Shown piece after piece: positions 8,239 through 18,093 of a stretch of DNA of 26,378 nucleotides. Every line of letters begins with the position of its first letter. Position 1 is the stretch's first letter. Origin of the DNA: Verrucomicrobiota bacterium (GTDB taxonomy: Bacteria; Verrucomicrobiota; Verrucomicrobiia; Limisphaerales; CANJXF01). The DNA lies in contig JBBQRQ010000072.1 of NCBI GenBank assembly GCA_038214755.1, forward strand, positions 1-26,378, given 5' to 3'. The notes beneath the pieces were generated by a model. That model saw only the letters and a program-made list of their open reading frames with translations, was not told the origin of the DNA and searched no databases. A program made the position numbers and the translations under genes.

Positions 8239-11200
8239 TCACATTTTTTTCAAAACGCGGTAGTGATGAACCCACGGATCGATTCGGCAGATGCCCACGA
8301 ACTCACATTGCTCGCAAGCCCGGACATTTCCTTTTTGATATGGATCGATTTTCGCGACGCCGGAAAAAATTTCTTTTCCCATGCGAACGAGATGCTGCTC
8401 AACCTCGTCGAGCAATTTTCCAAAACTTTCGCTGCGCATAACCTCGCTGCTTGAGCCGTGCGGCATCCCGTCATTGTTCAATCGGTAATTAAACTGTGTC
8501 CCGGATTTTTCGTTTCGATTGTCGAGATGCGGAAGCGCGGCGAAGTCGAAACGTCCGGCGTGTTGATAAGCTTTTTGACGGGACTCATTTGATTCGCGCA
8601 AAACTTCCGAGCGGGTTTTCGCGCCGCTGAATTCTCCTCGCAGATTGACGTAAAAGACGCCCGCCGGAATCAGTCCCTTGACTCCAAAAATACTTTCAGG
8701 CTCCGGCAATCGGCGGAGAAACGCCAAATACCCGGCGAGTTGCAATTGCAACCCATGCGCGAGCAACACCGGATCAATTTTTTTGGCGCTGGATTTGTAG
8801 TCGATAATTACGGCCATCGACTGCTCTTGGCCGGGAATGCGAAAAGTATCGACCCGATCAATAATTCCGCGGAAGGCGAGTTTGCGTTTGTCGTCGAGAT
8901 TGATTTCCCAGGCGGGCAATGATTTTTCTCCCGCGCCGAAACCCAGCTCCACCACGTGCGGATCAAATTCGTATTGCTGCATCCAGCCAATCGTCGCCCC
9001 GATAAAATCCTGGAGCGTCGCGATCATTCTGCGCGCGGCAAAATCGTTTTGCGCTTCGGCGCCGAATAATCCATCGCGGAAAGTCGATTTCAATTCTTCG
9101 CCAATTTTCTTAATTCTTTTTTTCGCGTCGTCGCTGGAAATATCGCGCCACCGTTTTTTCTCACTTCGCAACTCCTCGTGAAACTTCGCCAAGACCGCGT
9201 GTTGAAAACTTCCTTTCTCCCGCACGTCCAGTTCAAAAACTTTTCGCTCCTCCGCGCGCAAACCGGCGCTGACGAAAAATTGGAACGGGCAAGCGGCATA
9301 TCGTTCCAGAGCGCTGACCGAAGTTTTAAGCGTCGTTCCGTAAAGCCGCTCCGCGATTTCAGGAGAAAGATTCTCAGAAGCAGGCAGCGCGGAAAAATGT
9401 TTGAGCTGCTCTCGCAACGAATCAAAAATCGGTTTGTCCGCCAACTCTTTCAATTGATTGGAGTCGAAAGCTTGAGCCGTAATGAGAGGCGCAATCAATT
9501 CGGAGCGATGTTCAGCCTCAAACCAATTTCGCGAGGGAAAAAATTTCTCCTCGATCAGCGTCGGAAAAAGCTGTTCGAACAACGAATAAAATGGAGAACG
9601 ATTCAAGGCGCGACCTTCGCTGTCCTGAGCAGAACGCGTCAGCACCAATCTTTTTTTGGAACGAGTGCAGGCGATGTAACCGTAAAACCTTTCGCGTCCG
9701 AGCCATTCCAATTTGTTCGGGCCGAGCGCAACATCCTGTTTTGAAAGTTCCGTCTGGTCAGTGTCCGTCAGCAAGATTCCCGATTTTGGGGGCGCGGGAA
9801 AAACTCCTTCATTCAAACCGAGCAACAAAACCAACTCTAAATCGGGATTGCGCGAACGATCAATCGTGCCGATCAAAACCTGGTCGAGCGCGGGTGGAAT
9901 GATCCCCGCCGTCATCCCGCTCAAACCCGATTCGCAAATCGAAAGCCAATCACTCAAACGCAGAGCGTCTTTCGAAAAAGCTTTTTCAATATTTTCCAGC
10001 CAACTCTCCATTTGTTCCAGAACCGTCGCATGCACGGGATCATTGCTGGCCCATGTTTCGATTTGTTCTTCGACTCTCAAATCATTCCACAGGCGGCGGA
10101 TCGCTTCGGCCATTTGCCCGCCGTTCGGAGAAAATTTTGCCAATGCGCCGACAAATTTCTGAAACGGTGGAATGAATCGCTGTCGGAATTCTTCCAAATC
10201 AATCAAAGACTTTTGTTCGTCGGGGAATTTTAGCGGAATTAACCACGCGTCCTTTTTCCAGCCGCGAGCCAGGGCTTCATTTTCCAATTGGTCCACCAGC
10301 GCTTCGTTGTCGGTGACCAGCCCAGATTTCAACGCGCAAAAAAAGTCGTCGTGCTCCCACCCAAACGCGGTCAGACGCAAAGCGCTTCGCGTCAACTCAG
10401 CGAGCGGATGATGCGCGACGGATTGGCGGCGATCTAAAAAAAATGGAATGTCGTAACGTAAAAAAATCCGCCGCAACGTATCGTGATAGCCCTCGAATTG
10501 GCGGAGCAGGACGGCCACGTTGCGGAAGCGCCCGCCGTGGCGGACGAAACGGAGAATTTCGTGCGCAGCGAGGGTCGCTTCACTTTCGACGTTCAGACAT
10601 TCAGCCAGACGAATCGAGTCCGAGAGGGCGACGTTCTCCTCATTTTCGAAAGCGTTTGGAGACGTCCAATTTTTTTCGAGATGGCGCAACGGAACGGAGT
10701 CGGCGAAGCGATTTTTGCGAACGTGCCGAGGAAGATTTTCAATTTTGATTTCGCAATCGGAAAGTTTGACCAGACGGCTGTGACATTCCTGAAACGTTTT
10801 ATTTACGACCGACCAGATGGATAAGGCGGACATTTTATTTGCCGATTGCGCCGATTGATCGAGGCAAAACGCGAGCGTGGCATCACCGCAAAGCGGGACG
10901 AACGCGGCCAGCAAATCCAATTCCTGCGGCGTCATCTCCGCGAAACCATCGAGCCACAATCCCGCGATGCGAATGGGAATTTGTTTCCGTTCATTGCGTA
11001 ATGCTTTCGTTGCGAGATCCAACAAACGATTGGCGTCCTGTAATTCATGTTTGGCCAGCCACGCGAAGTAGGCGTCGAGCAACAACGCCAGGTCAAAAAG
11101 TTTGGCGCTGAGTGGTGTCCTGCTTTCTACTTTTTCACAGAGCTTAAAAAGCGCGGCGGGCGAAAATTGGTGTCGTTGCAAATCGCGCAACAAAAGGCTT

Positions 11201-11568
11201 AGCTGTTGGGCGAAGCCGGGCATGCGCGCGCTGGCGCGAAAGATTTTTAATTGGTCCTTGTTCCGCGAGAGCAAGGCCCGCAACACCATCACGCGGCCTT
11301 CCTCGGAAAGTAATTTCGCCGGCGCACGTTGGAGTTGGGTGAGAACAAAATCCGCCAGCCGCTCAAACGACAAAATTTGGAGCCGCGCATAACCCGCCAG
11401 CGAATCATCCGCCAGAAGCTGACGCTCCAATTGAAAGGTCGCCTGCTTGGGCGCGAGCAGAATCAGCGGGTCGCCTTCGGGAGAATTTTGCAGCGCCGCG
11501 CGAATTTCGGACAGACAAAGAAATGTTTTGCCGCTGCCCGCCGGGCCAAGAACAAAGCGCGTTCGCAC
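8239..11568 (-). CDS. addB: ATP-dependent helicase/nuclease subunit B
   Basis: Likely GTG start at 11568 (VRTRFVLGPAGSGKT); PKQATFQLE, SFERLA, DGFAEMTPQE; nuclease GIIDRVD...IIDYKSS..LQLAGY; four Fe-S staple cysteines (YAACPF; CEQC.....C). The longer ORF to 11952 runs through repeats and into the divergent gene. Confidence 0.92.
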   Translation of the reverse strand: MRTRFVLGPAGSGKTFLCLSEIRAALQNSPEGDPLILLAPKQATFQLERQLLADDSLAGYARLQILSFERLADFVLTQLQRAPAKLLSEEGRVMVLRALLSRNKDQLKIFRASARMPGFAQQLSLLLRDLQRHQFSPAALFKLCEKVESRTPLSAKLFDLALLLDAYFAWLAKHELQDANRLLDLATKALRNERKQIPIRIAGLWLDGFAEMTPQELDLLAAFVPLCGDATLAFCLDQSAQSANKMSALSIWSVVNKTFQECHSRLVKLSDCEIKIENLPRHVRKNRFADSVPLRHLEKNWTSPNAFENEENVALSDSIRLAECLNVESEATLAAHEILRFVRHGGRFRNVAVLLRQFEGYHDTLRRIFLRYDIPFFLDRRQSVAHHPLAELTRSALRLTAFGWEHDDFFCALKSGLVTDNEALVDQLENEALARGWKKDAWLIPLKFPDEQKSLIDLEEFRQRFIPPFQKFVGALAKFSPNGGQMAEAIRRLWNDLRVEEQIETWASNDPVHATVLEQMESWLENIEKAFSKDALRLSDWLSICESGLSGMTAGIIPPALDQVLIGTIDRSRNPDLELVLLLGLNEGVFPAPPKSGILLTDTDQTELSKQDVALGPNKLEWLGRERFYGYIACTRSKKRLVLTRSAQDSEGRALNRSPFYSLFEQLFPTLIEEKFFPSRNWFEAEHRSELIAPLITAQAFDSNQLKELADKPIFDSLREQLKHFSALPASENLSPEIAERLYGTTLKTSVSALERYAACPFQFFVSAGLRAEERKVFELDVREKGSFQHAVLAKFHEELRSEKKRWRDISSDDAKKRIKKIGEELKSTFRDGLFGAEAQNDFAARRMIATLQDFIGATIGWMQQYEFDPHVVELGFGAGEKSLPAWEINLDDKRKLAFRGIIDRVDTFRIPGQEQSMAVIIDYKSSAKKIDPVLLAHGLQLQLAGYLAFLRRLPEPESIFGVKGLIPAGVFYVNLRGEFSGAKTRSEVLRESNESRQKAYQHAGRFDFAALPHLDNRNEKSGTQFNYRLNNDGMPHGSSSEVMRSESFGKLLDEVEQHLVRMGKEIFSGVAKIDPYQKGNVRACEQCEFVGICRIDPWVHHYRVLKKM

Positions 11569-11630
11569 AAAATATTTTCGCGCAGAAAAAGTTTCCGGCA
11601 AAGAATTTTCTTTAGAGTGGTTGAAGAAAT

Positions 11631-11776
11631 GGGTAGCACCTGCCTCGGTGGAATGCGTAGAGCGTTCGATGTTCAGCGTTCGATGTTTGAAAATTGAACC
11701 GACATTCAATCCAACATCGAACATCCAACATCGAAATAAGAAGTGTCTTCGCACCCGCCGGAGGCAGATGCTACCC
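11631..11776. repeat. Nested element: GTAG-type inverted arms around an inverted heptamer array
   Basis: Outer GGGTAGCACCTGCCTC (11631-11646) and GAGGCAGATGCTACCC (11761-11776), 15 of 16 complementary. Inner TTCGATGTT-cagc-GTTCGATGTT and AACATCGAAC-atcc-AACATCGAA. Confidence 0.8.
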
Positions 11777-11818
11777 GGCGCGTTCTGTGTTTGAACTTCA
11801 CCGATTCTGACAACGAGC

Positions 11819-12529
11819 ATGAAACTGAATTTCTCGAATGAACGAGTTCTGGCAGTGGTGGCGCATCCCGACGACGCGGAACTGCTTTGCGCGGGAACGT
11901 TGGCGCGGGCGAAAGAAGATGGCGCGGCTATTGCGATTTGCGTTTTGTGCAACGGCGATAAAGGTCAGCCGAGCAAACCGATCAAAAACTTAAAGGCGGT
12001 TCGTCGTCGAGAAACGATTGAGGCGGCTGGGTTGCTCGACGCTAAACTTTTCTTCGGCGATTTTCCGGATGCAACTTTATCGGATGATTATCCCTCGCGG
12101 TCACGACTGATTGAAATTTATCGGCAATTCAAACCGACGCTTGTTCTCGCGCATTCGCCGGAGGATTATCACACCGATCATCGCGCGGCCTCGGCGTTGG
12201 CGGAAGCGGCTTCGTGGCACGGCGCATCGCGGGGGCACAAAAGTAAATTCGCGGCGATGGATTCTCCGCCGGCGCTTTGGTGGATGGATACTTTGGACAT
12301 GAGCGGATTCAAGCCGGGATTCTTTGTGGATATTTCACGGTTCGCAAATTTGAAACACGATATGCTGGCGTGTCACAAAAGCCAGTTGGCGCGAGGCAAG
12401 GATGGCGATTTTTCTCCGCTGAGTGATTTGATGCACTTGCAATATCGAGCGCGCGGAATGCAATCGGGCGTTGCGGCGGCGGAAGCTTTTCGCGCGCATC
12501 ACGCCTTTAAGCGAGCGAGGGCCTGGTAA
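11819..12529 (+). CDS. PIG-L/LmbE family deacetylase
   Basis: Metal-binding motifs AHPDDAE and DYHTDH; R.RE...AA..L; ACHKSQ. Confidence 0.88.
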   Translation: MKLNFSNERVLAVVAHPDDAELLCAGTLARAKEDGAAIAICVLCNGDKGQPSKPIKNLKAVRRRETIEAAGLLDAKLFFGDFPDATLSDDYPSRSRLIEIYRQFKPTLVLAHSPEDYHTDHRAASALAEAASWHGASRGHKSKFAAMDSPPALWWMDTLDMSGFKPGFFVDISRFANLKHDMLACHKSQLARGKDGDFSPLSDLMHLQYRARGMQSGVAAAEAFRAHHAFKRARAW

Positions 12530-13924
12530 CTATTCCGGCAGTTCGCGCCCTTTTGTTTCGGGGGCAAAGAGCAAAACAATTGCTCCGGCCAGAAAAAGCA
12601 GACTGAGAATTGAGGTCGATTTTTCGAGACTATAGCCCCAGTCCTTTTGCATCCACCCGCTGACAAAAAGAATTGGCGCGGCGACAATTCGTCCGACATT
12701 AAAACAGAATCCGCCGCCGGTCCCGCGCAGGCGCGTGGGAAAAAGTTCTGGAAAATAAATCGCGTAACCCGCGTGCATTCCCAGAGTGAGAAAACCAAAA
12801 ATCGGCAGAACGACGTAGAGAACTGGCGCGCTGGCGTGGGCGAGAGTTTGAAAAACCAAAAGAGTGATGACCAATCCGCCGAGGTGAAAAAATAAAAATG
12901 CGCCGCGCCGGCCAATGCGTTCGCAAATTGGACCGAAGGATAGCAGGCCGAGTCCGCCGCCAGTCGTGACAAGCAACATGCCGAGCATTTCCCATTTCTT
13001 GATGATGGGAGAATGTTTTTTGAGCACGGCGTCTTTGACAATTTTGGGCGCATCGAGAGAAATCTGTTCCATTTTCAAATAGCGTTTTTCGGCATCGCGC
13101 CGCATCAAATCTTTTCCAAAAACATGGACGCCCCAAAAGGTCGCCAGCCCGGCCGCGGCCAGCGTGACGCCGACAACAGTGCTGCGCAAAAGTCCGCCGC
13201 GAAATAAATCGAGCAGCCGACCCGTTTCTTTGGTTGGATCTTTTCGGGCAATTTCGCGCGCCTGAATCCATTCCTCAGGTTCGCGCAGACGCCATCGAAT
13301 CCACAAGGTCAGGAGAGCGGGCAATGCGCCGATGCCGAATCCCCACCGCCAGCCAAACTTTGGATTGCCGACGATAAATGCGCCCGCCGCAATCGCGAGA
13401 TAAGTTCCGAATACGCTGGTGGCGTGAAAAATTCCCAGCGACAAAGCGCGGGCGCGTTTCGGGAAAACTTCAGCGACCATCGCACTGGCGACCGCCCATT
13501 CGCCGCCCACGCCCATTGCCACCAGGAATCTCAACCCGGCCATTTGCCACCAGGTTTGCGCGAATGCGGTGACGCAGGTGAAAAGCGAATACATCAAGAT
13601 CGTATAGACCATCGTTTTGGTCCGGCCAATTTTGTCGCTGAGAATTCCGAAAAGGACTCCGCCGAACGCGCCGCCGAGGAGAAACGCGCCGAGAGCCACT
13701 TTGTTGTAAAAATCTTTTGTTCCCGCGTCGGTTCCGGGCGGCAGGAGCGAAGGCATCGCCTCATTCATGCTGGCGACAAAAATCTGTCCTTCGAAGGTGT
13801 CGAAAACCCAGCCGAGCGACGCGATGATGAGAACCAGCCATTGATACCGCGAGACGCCGTGATACCACGGAACTTTCGGTTGCGATTCGTGGGTCAGAGA
13901 ATTTTCTGACGGCAGTTTGGACAT
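12530..13924 (-). CDS. MFS transporter
   Basis: About 12 hydrophobic segments; motif A GILSDKIGRTK, RFLVAMGVGGEW, PELFPTRLRGTG, C-terminal PETKGREL. Confidence 0.92.
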   Translation of the reverse strand: MSKLPSENSLTHESQPKVPWYHGVSRYQWLVLIIASLGWVFDTFEGQIFVASMNEAMPSLLPPGTDAGTKDFYNKVALGAFLLGGAFGGVLFGILSDKIGRTKTMVYTILMYSLFTCVTAFAQTWWQMAGLRFLVAMGVGGEWAVASAMVAEVFPKRARALSLGIFHATSVFGTYLAIAAGAFIVGNPKFGWRWGFGIGALPALLTLWIRWRLREPEEWIQAREIARKDPTKETGRLLDLFRGGLLRSTVVGVTLAAAGLATFWGVHVFGKDLMRRDAEKRYLKMEQISLDAPKIVKDAVLKKHSPIIKKWEMLGMLLVTTGGGLGLLSFGPICERIGRRGAFLFFHLGGLVITLLVFQTLAHASAPVLYVVLPIFGFLTLGMHAGYAIYFPELFPTRLRGTGGGFCFNVGRIVAAPILFVSGWMQKDWGYSLEKSTSILSLLFLAGAIVLLFAPETKGRELPE

Positions 13925-13989
13925 GAAATTATTTATTCATGCTCTGAATTTTTTGGACAGCACGAAATAGTCGAGCCGAGAGATCAACC

Positions 13990-14126
13990 CGCATCTTAAT
14001 TGTACCGCCAACCGATCAGACGTAGTGGGGCAGGCTTCCAGCCTGCCTGAGCGGGCATCTTGCCCGTGAATCAGCAGGGACTGGGGCTGGAAGCCCCATC
14101 GGCAGACAGGATGTCTGCCCCACTAG
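13990..14126. repeat. GTAG-type composite REP-like palindrome
   Basis: TAGTGGGGCAG (14023-14033) and CTGCCCCACTA (14115-14125) enclose four small hairpins (GCAGGCttccaGCCTGC; CGGGCAtctTGCCCG; GGGGCtggaaGCCCC; GGCAGACAggaTGTCTGCC); preceded by CGCATCTT. Confidence 0.85.
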
Positions 14127-14173
14127 TTTGGTGCCAGTAGTTTGGTTGCAGTGCCAAGATGGCGGGGAAGCCA

Positions 14174-15367
14174 TCAGGGTTCCACCACGACGGGCGTGCC
14201 AATGGTGACGAGCCGTAAAAGATATTCTGCATTCCAATTGGCGAGGCGAAAACAGCCGTGCGATTCCGTTCTGCCGATCTCCTCCGGCTTTGGCGTTCCG
14301 TGAATTCCATAGCCCGGTTTATCGAGACCGATCCAAACTGTGCCGACGGGATTGTTCGGGCCGGGAGGTATGATTAATTTTGTTTTGAGTTGGCGCGCCT
14401 CGACAGATTCAGGAAAATTTTCGGGGTCGAAAGTGTAATCCGGATTCGGCGCAAGTTTCTCGACGCGCAGTTCGCCGACGGGACGTTTCTCCACGCGTCG
14501 TGCAATGCTGCACGGAAAATGCGCGAGCAGATTCGTGTTGGCATCGAACGCTTCCAGATTTTTTTCCGACAAACGAATGCGGATGAGAGCAGCGGAATTT
14601 TTTGGTTTATTCACTTCAACATTCGGCACACGCACCGTCGTATTTTCATGGACGCTATCCCAGTTGACCAACGGATTGAGTCGTTTGAGAAAACCGGGGT
14701 GACAACAAAATTTCTTCGCGACCAATTCTAAAATAGTTTCGTAATCGAGACGGGTCTGTTGCGATTTGCTCAACCAATTTGTGCCGAGCGGTTGCAACTG
14801 GGCCAGTTCGTTCATGGTCACAGTAAATTGGGTGTAAAGGGGCGCGTCCAAGAGCAATTTTGTTTTCGTCGCAGCATCGAGTTCGCCGCTGACGGGAAGG
14901 TTTTCGCTCCGTTGAAAAGCGCGAAAGGCGGAGCGCGTTTGTGAGCCGATGACGCCGTCGATCGAGCCGGGGGAAATGGCGCGACGAGCCAGGGCGATTT
15001 GCGCTTCCAAAATATTTTGGGCGGGACGCGATGTGAATGAATCAGGGGAAGAAATATTTGAGCGATCTAAAACCGGAGGGGCAACGGTTTGTGTTTTAAT
15101 TTCCCTCGGCGGAATAACATTCCCCGGATTGATCGGTAACTCGGTTTTGTTCATCACAAGAATATGAGTTGGAACCGATTTTTTTTTCCCCGGAGCGGAG
15201 GGTGCAACGTGAGTCGCAAGCTGCGCCGTCTTCGCGTTTGGCTGAGAATTTTTTTGAGTGAACCAGAGCAAAAGTAACGCCATGCCGCCCACGAGAACGA
15301 CGAGAGCGAGAATTTTTCCGCCCGATTTTTTTGCATGAGCGAGCGGGAACTGTTTTAGAATCGGCAC
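14174..15367 (-). CDS. L,D-transpeptidase (YkuD family) with N-terminal TM anchor and peptidoglycan-binding domain
   Basis: Catalytic YGIHGT...GRTESHGCFRL; PGPNNPVG; PG-binding motif PGSIDGVIGSQTRSAFRAFQ...LPVSGELD. Start uncertain; GTG at 15367 follows TACAAT by 5 nt, and the ORF is open to 15403. Confidence 0.88.
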   Translation of the reverse strand: MPILKQFPLAHAKKSGGKILALVVLVGGMALLLLWFTQKNSQPNAKTAQLATHVAPSAPGKKKSVPTHILVMNKTELPINPGNVIPPREIKTQTVAPPVLDRSNISSPDSFTSRPAQNILEAQIALARRAISPGSIDGVIGSQTRSAFRAFQRSENLPVSGELDAATKTKLLLDAPLYTQFTVTMNELAQLQPLGTNWLSKSQQTRLDYETILELVAKKFCCHPGFLKRLNPLVNWDSVHENTTVRVPNVEVNKPKNSAALIRIRLSEKNLEAFDANTNLLAHFPCSIARRVEKRPVGELRVEKLAPNPDYTFDPENFPESVEARQLKTKLIIPPGPNNPVGTVWIGLDKPGYGIHGTPKPEEIGRTESHGCFRLANWNAEYLLRLVTIGTPVVVEP

Positions 15368-15447
15368 CCCGAATTGTAGATACAAAAACAGTTTTTGACC
15401 CAAGCATTATTGAATCGATTTTGAAATCCGGTACCTTCCCGACTGTT

Positions 15448-15969
15448 TTGGAAACCAAACGAAGCATTCTCTTGGCTGGATTCGCATTCACTTTGTTTTT
15501 TTTCAATTGCGAAAATGTTTTGGCGCAACCGGCAGAGGAAGTTAGTCCGATCAACAGGGCTGATCTCGCCACGAATTCTGACCTTCCGAAAGTTGTAAAA
15601 AATATTCCGAAATCAAAACCAACGACGCGACAAAAGCTCAATCCAATTTTTTGGTTCCAAAACATGGACGACCCAATCCCGCCACACTGGTATCGGCCAA
15701 AAAATAAAATGCGAAGTGTTCTGTGGAATTTTCGCAATCCGCTGCACAACTTTTTTTTCTACGTCATTGGAATTGCGGACAAGGAATTTGAAATCGTCGG
15801 GCGTTTTCCCGGAAAAATTTCCAACCCAAACGGCGGATGGAACTGGACGGTCTGTAAATATAAATGTCTGCGACTTCCGTTCATTTCTTACCAACGCGGA
15901 AAATTTAATTTTTATCTCGGCTGGCGAAATCGCGGGAACTTTGGTGTGAAGCTCAATTATTCCGACTGA
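15448..15969 (+). CDS. Hypothetical exported or membrane-associated protein, aromatic and basic
   Basis: Signal-peptide-like KRSILLAGFAFTLFFFNCENVLA, then a W/F/Y/R-rich domain (WNFRNPLHNFFFYVIG; YLGWRNRGNFG). Start uncertain (ORF open from 15331; TTG at 15421 or 15448). Confidence 0.65.
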   Translation: METKRSILLAGFAFTLFFFNCENVLAQPAEEVSPINRADLATNSDLPKVVKNIPKSKPTTRQKLNPIFWFQNMDDPIPPHWYRPKNKMRSVLWNFRNPLHNFFFYVIGIADKEFEIVGRFPGKISNPNGGWNWTVCKYKCLRLPFISYQRGKFNFYLGWRNRGNFGVKLNYSD

Positions 15970-16000
15970 AAAACCCCGCCCTTTCCGCCACTCGCATTAC

Positions 16001-17878
16001 TCATTCCACCGTCACGCTTTTGGCGAGGTTGCGCGGCTTGTCCACGTCGCAGCCGCGCGCCACGGCGATGTGATAGGCCAGGAGTTGCAGCGGAATAATC
16101 CCGAGCAACGGAAAAACCGGAGCAATCGTTTTCGGGATGAAGATGACGTCGTCGGCGATCCCGGATATTTTTTCATCGCCTTCAGTGGCGAGGGCAATAA
16201 TCGGACCTCGGCGCGCCTTCACCGTTTCGAGATTGCTCAAGACTTTTTCATACATCGCGCCGGTGGGAACGAGCACGACGGTCGGGCTGTTCTCGTCGAT
16301 GAGCGCGATGGGGCCGTGTTTCATTTCGGCGGCGGGATAACCTTCAGCGTGGATGTAGGAAATTTCCTTGAGCTTCAAAGCGCCTTCGAGCGCAACGGGA
16401 AAATTGATGAGCCGTCCGAGAAAATAAAAATCACGCGCCTGAGAATATTTTTTTGCCAGCCGATCAATTGCCTGGCTTTGGTCGAGCAATTTCTGGATTT
16501 GTTCCGGCACCGCTTCCAGCGCGCGGATGATTTGCAAACCATTACTCGAAGAAAGCATTCGAATTCGCCCCATCAACAGCGCGAGCATTGTCAGCACGGT
16601 GACCTGCGAAGTAAAAGCTTTGGTCGAAGCGACGCTGATTTCGGGCCCCGCGTGCAGATAAATTCCTCCGTCCGCCTCGCGCGCAATGGTGCTTCCCACC
16701 ACGTTACAAATCGCCATGACTCGGTGGCCGCGCCGCCGGGCTTCGCGCATTCCGGCAAGAGTGTCGGCGGTTTCGCCCGATTGAGTCAGGGCGAGAATGA
16801 GAGTGTTTTTTTCAATCGGCGAATTGCGGTAGCGAAATTCGCTGGCGTATTCCACTTCCGTTGGGACGTGGGCGAGTTCCTCGAAAAGATATTCGCCGAC
16901 GAGCGCGGAATGCCAGCTCGTCCCGCAAGCGGTAATCACGATCCGATCCACACAACGCAATTCCGCGATGCTCATGTTCAAGCCGCCGAAACGCGCTGTG
17001 GCTTCTTCGTGATCGATCCGCCCGCGCATCGCATTCTCGACGGTGCGCGGTTGCTCAAAAATTTCCTTGAGCATGTAGTGGGGAAATTTGCCGCGCTCGG
17101 TCGCTTCCGCATTGAATTCAATCTGGCTGATCTGGACGACGGCTGTGTCAAATCCCAGGCTCGTCACGTTGAAGCGATCCGCGCTCAAAGTGACCACGTC
17201 GTAATCATTCAAATAAATTGCCTGTCGCGTGTGCGCGACAATCGCGCCGGCATCGCTGGCCAGAAAATTTTCGCCTTCGCCCACGCCGACGATCAGTGGC
17301 GAACCGCGTCTTGCTCCAACAATCGTTCCCGGATGGTCGGCGCAAACCACCGCGATGCCATAGGTGCCGATGACTTCCCGCAACGCGTTCATCACCGCCC
17401 GCGTCAAAATGTGAATGTCGTTGCTCGAAGGCTCCACGTCCGCTTGTTGCCCGATTAACCGATCGTAATGTTCGCCAATTAACTGAGCCAGAACTTCGGT
17501 GTCAGTGGTCGAAGAAAAAGTGCGGCCGGACTTGAGGAGCCGGGCTTTGAGCGTGTCGTGATTTTCAATAATGCCATTATGCACCAAGGCGATGCGACCG
17601 GATTGATCCAGATGCGGATGGGAATTTTCGTCGGAAGGTTGCCCGTGCGTCGCCCAACGCGTGTGACCCACGCCAGTTTCTCCTGTTACAGGCCGCGTCT
17701 CGAGTAATTTGGCGAGACCATCATCGATCTTTCCTTTTTTTTTCCGAACCTGGACACCGGTCTTTTGCAAAATCGCCAGGCCCGCGCTGTCGTAACCGCG
17801 ATACTCCAGCCGCCGCAATCCTTCGAGGAGGATTGGGCTGGCTTGACGTTTCCCGACATATCCGACGATGCCGCACAT
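16001..17878 (-). CDS. glmS: Glutamine--fructose-6-phosphate transaminase (isomerizing)
   Basis: MCGIVG Ntn nucleophile, LEYRGYDSAG, GHTRWATHG, HNGIIEN, QSGETADT, VASTKAF, EGALKLKEISY, DKPRNLAKSVTVE. Confidence 0.98.
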   Translation of the reverse strand: MCGIVGYVGKRQASPILLEGLRRLEYRGYDSAGLAILQKTGVQVRKKKGKIDDGLAKLLETRPVTGETGVGHTRWATHGQPSDENSHPHLDQSGRIALVHNGIIENHDTLKARLLKSGRTFSSTTDTEVLAQLIGEHYDRLIGQQADVEPSSNDIHILTRAVMNALREVIGTYGIAVVCADHPGTIVGARRGSPLIVGVGEGENFLASDAGAIVAHTRQAIYLNDYDVVTLSADRFNVTSLGFDTAVVQISQIEFNAEATERGKFPHYMLKEIFEQPRTVENAMRGRIDHEEATARFGGLNMSIAELRCVDRIVITACGTSWHSALVGEYLFEELAHVPTEVEYASEFRYRNSPIEKNTLILALTQSGETADTLAGMREARRRGHRVMAICNVVGSTIAREADGGIYLHAGPEISVASTKAFTSQVTVLTMLALLMGRIRMLSSSNGLQIIRALEAVPEQIQKLLDQSQAIDRLAKKYSQARDFYFLGRLINFPVALEGALKLKEISYIHAEGYPAAEMKHGPIALIDENSPTVVLVPTGAMYEKVLSNLETVKARRGPIIALATEGDEKISGIADDVIFIPKTIAPVFPLLGIIPLQLLAYHIAVARGCDVDKPRNLAKSVTVE

Positions 17879-18023
17879 AGGTTTTCTGAATGACGAGCGA
17901 CTGAATTTCCAAACGGTCGCCAGAAGCGAACTAGTGAGTCAAGAGCGATGGCAGCGGAGCCTTTCAATCATTTCCAACGAACATCCATTTTCCACTTCAG
18001 CTTTTCGACGCTCAAAATCTACA

Positions 18024-18052
18024 ACGATCTTTTGTTGCATATGCAACAAAAG
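18024..18052. repeat. 29-bp direct repeat, left copy, palindromic
   Basis: ACGATCTTTTGTTGCATATGCAACAAAAG; 18027-18054 is a perfect 28-bp palindrome; identical to 18887-18915. Confidence 0.95.
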
Positions 18053-18093
18053 ATTGCATTCCTTTTTTTGCGCGATCCTGCCATTCTTCCGCA

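Noticed and set aside
3590..11568. Helicase plus nuclease pair as a novel defence system
   Set aside because: Sizes and motifs match ordinary AddAB recombination-repair subunits.
11569..11952. 128-aa N-terminal extension of AddB
   Set aside because: It runs through a repeat element and overlaps the divergent deacetylase; AddB-like sequence starts just before the Walker A motif.
16070..17458. Long antisense ORF (462 aa) within glmS, and similar ones within lolC/E, addA, glmM, cdaA and folP
   Set aside because: Shadow ORFs opposite conserved genes, with no recognisable motifs.
17879..18023. glmS ribozyme upstream of glmS
   Set aside because: No AGCGCC...GACGAGG core on the coding (minus) strand; vaguely similar words occur only on the plus strand and in the wrong order.
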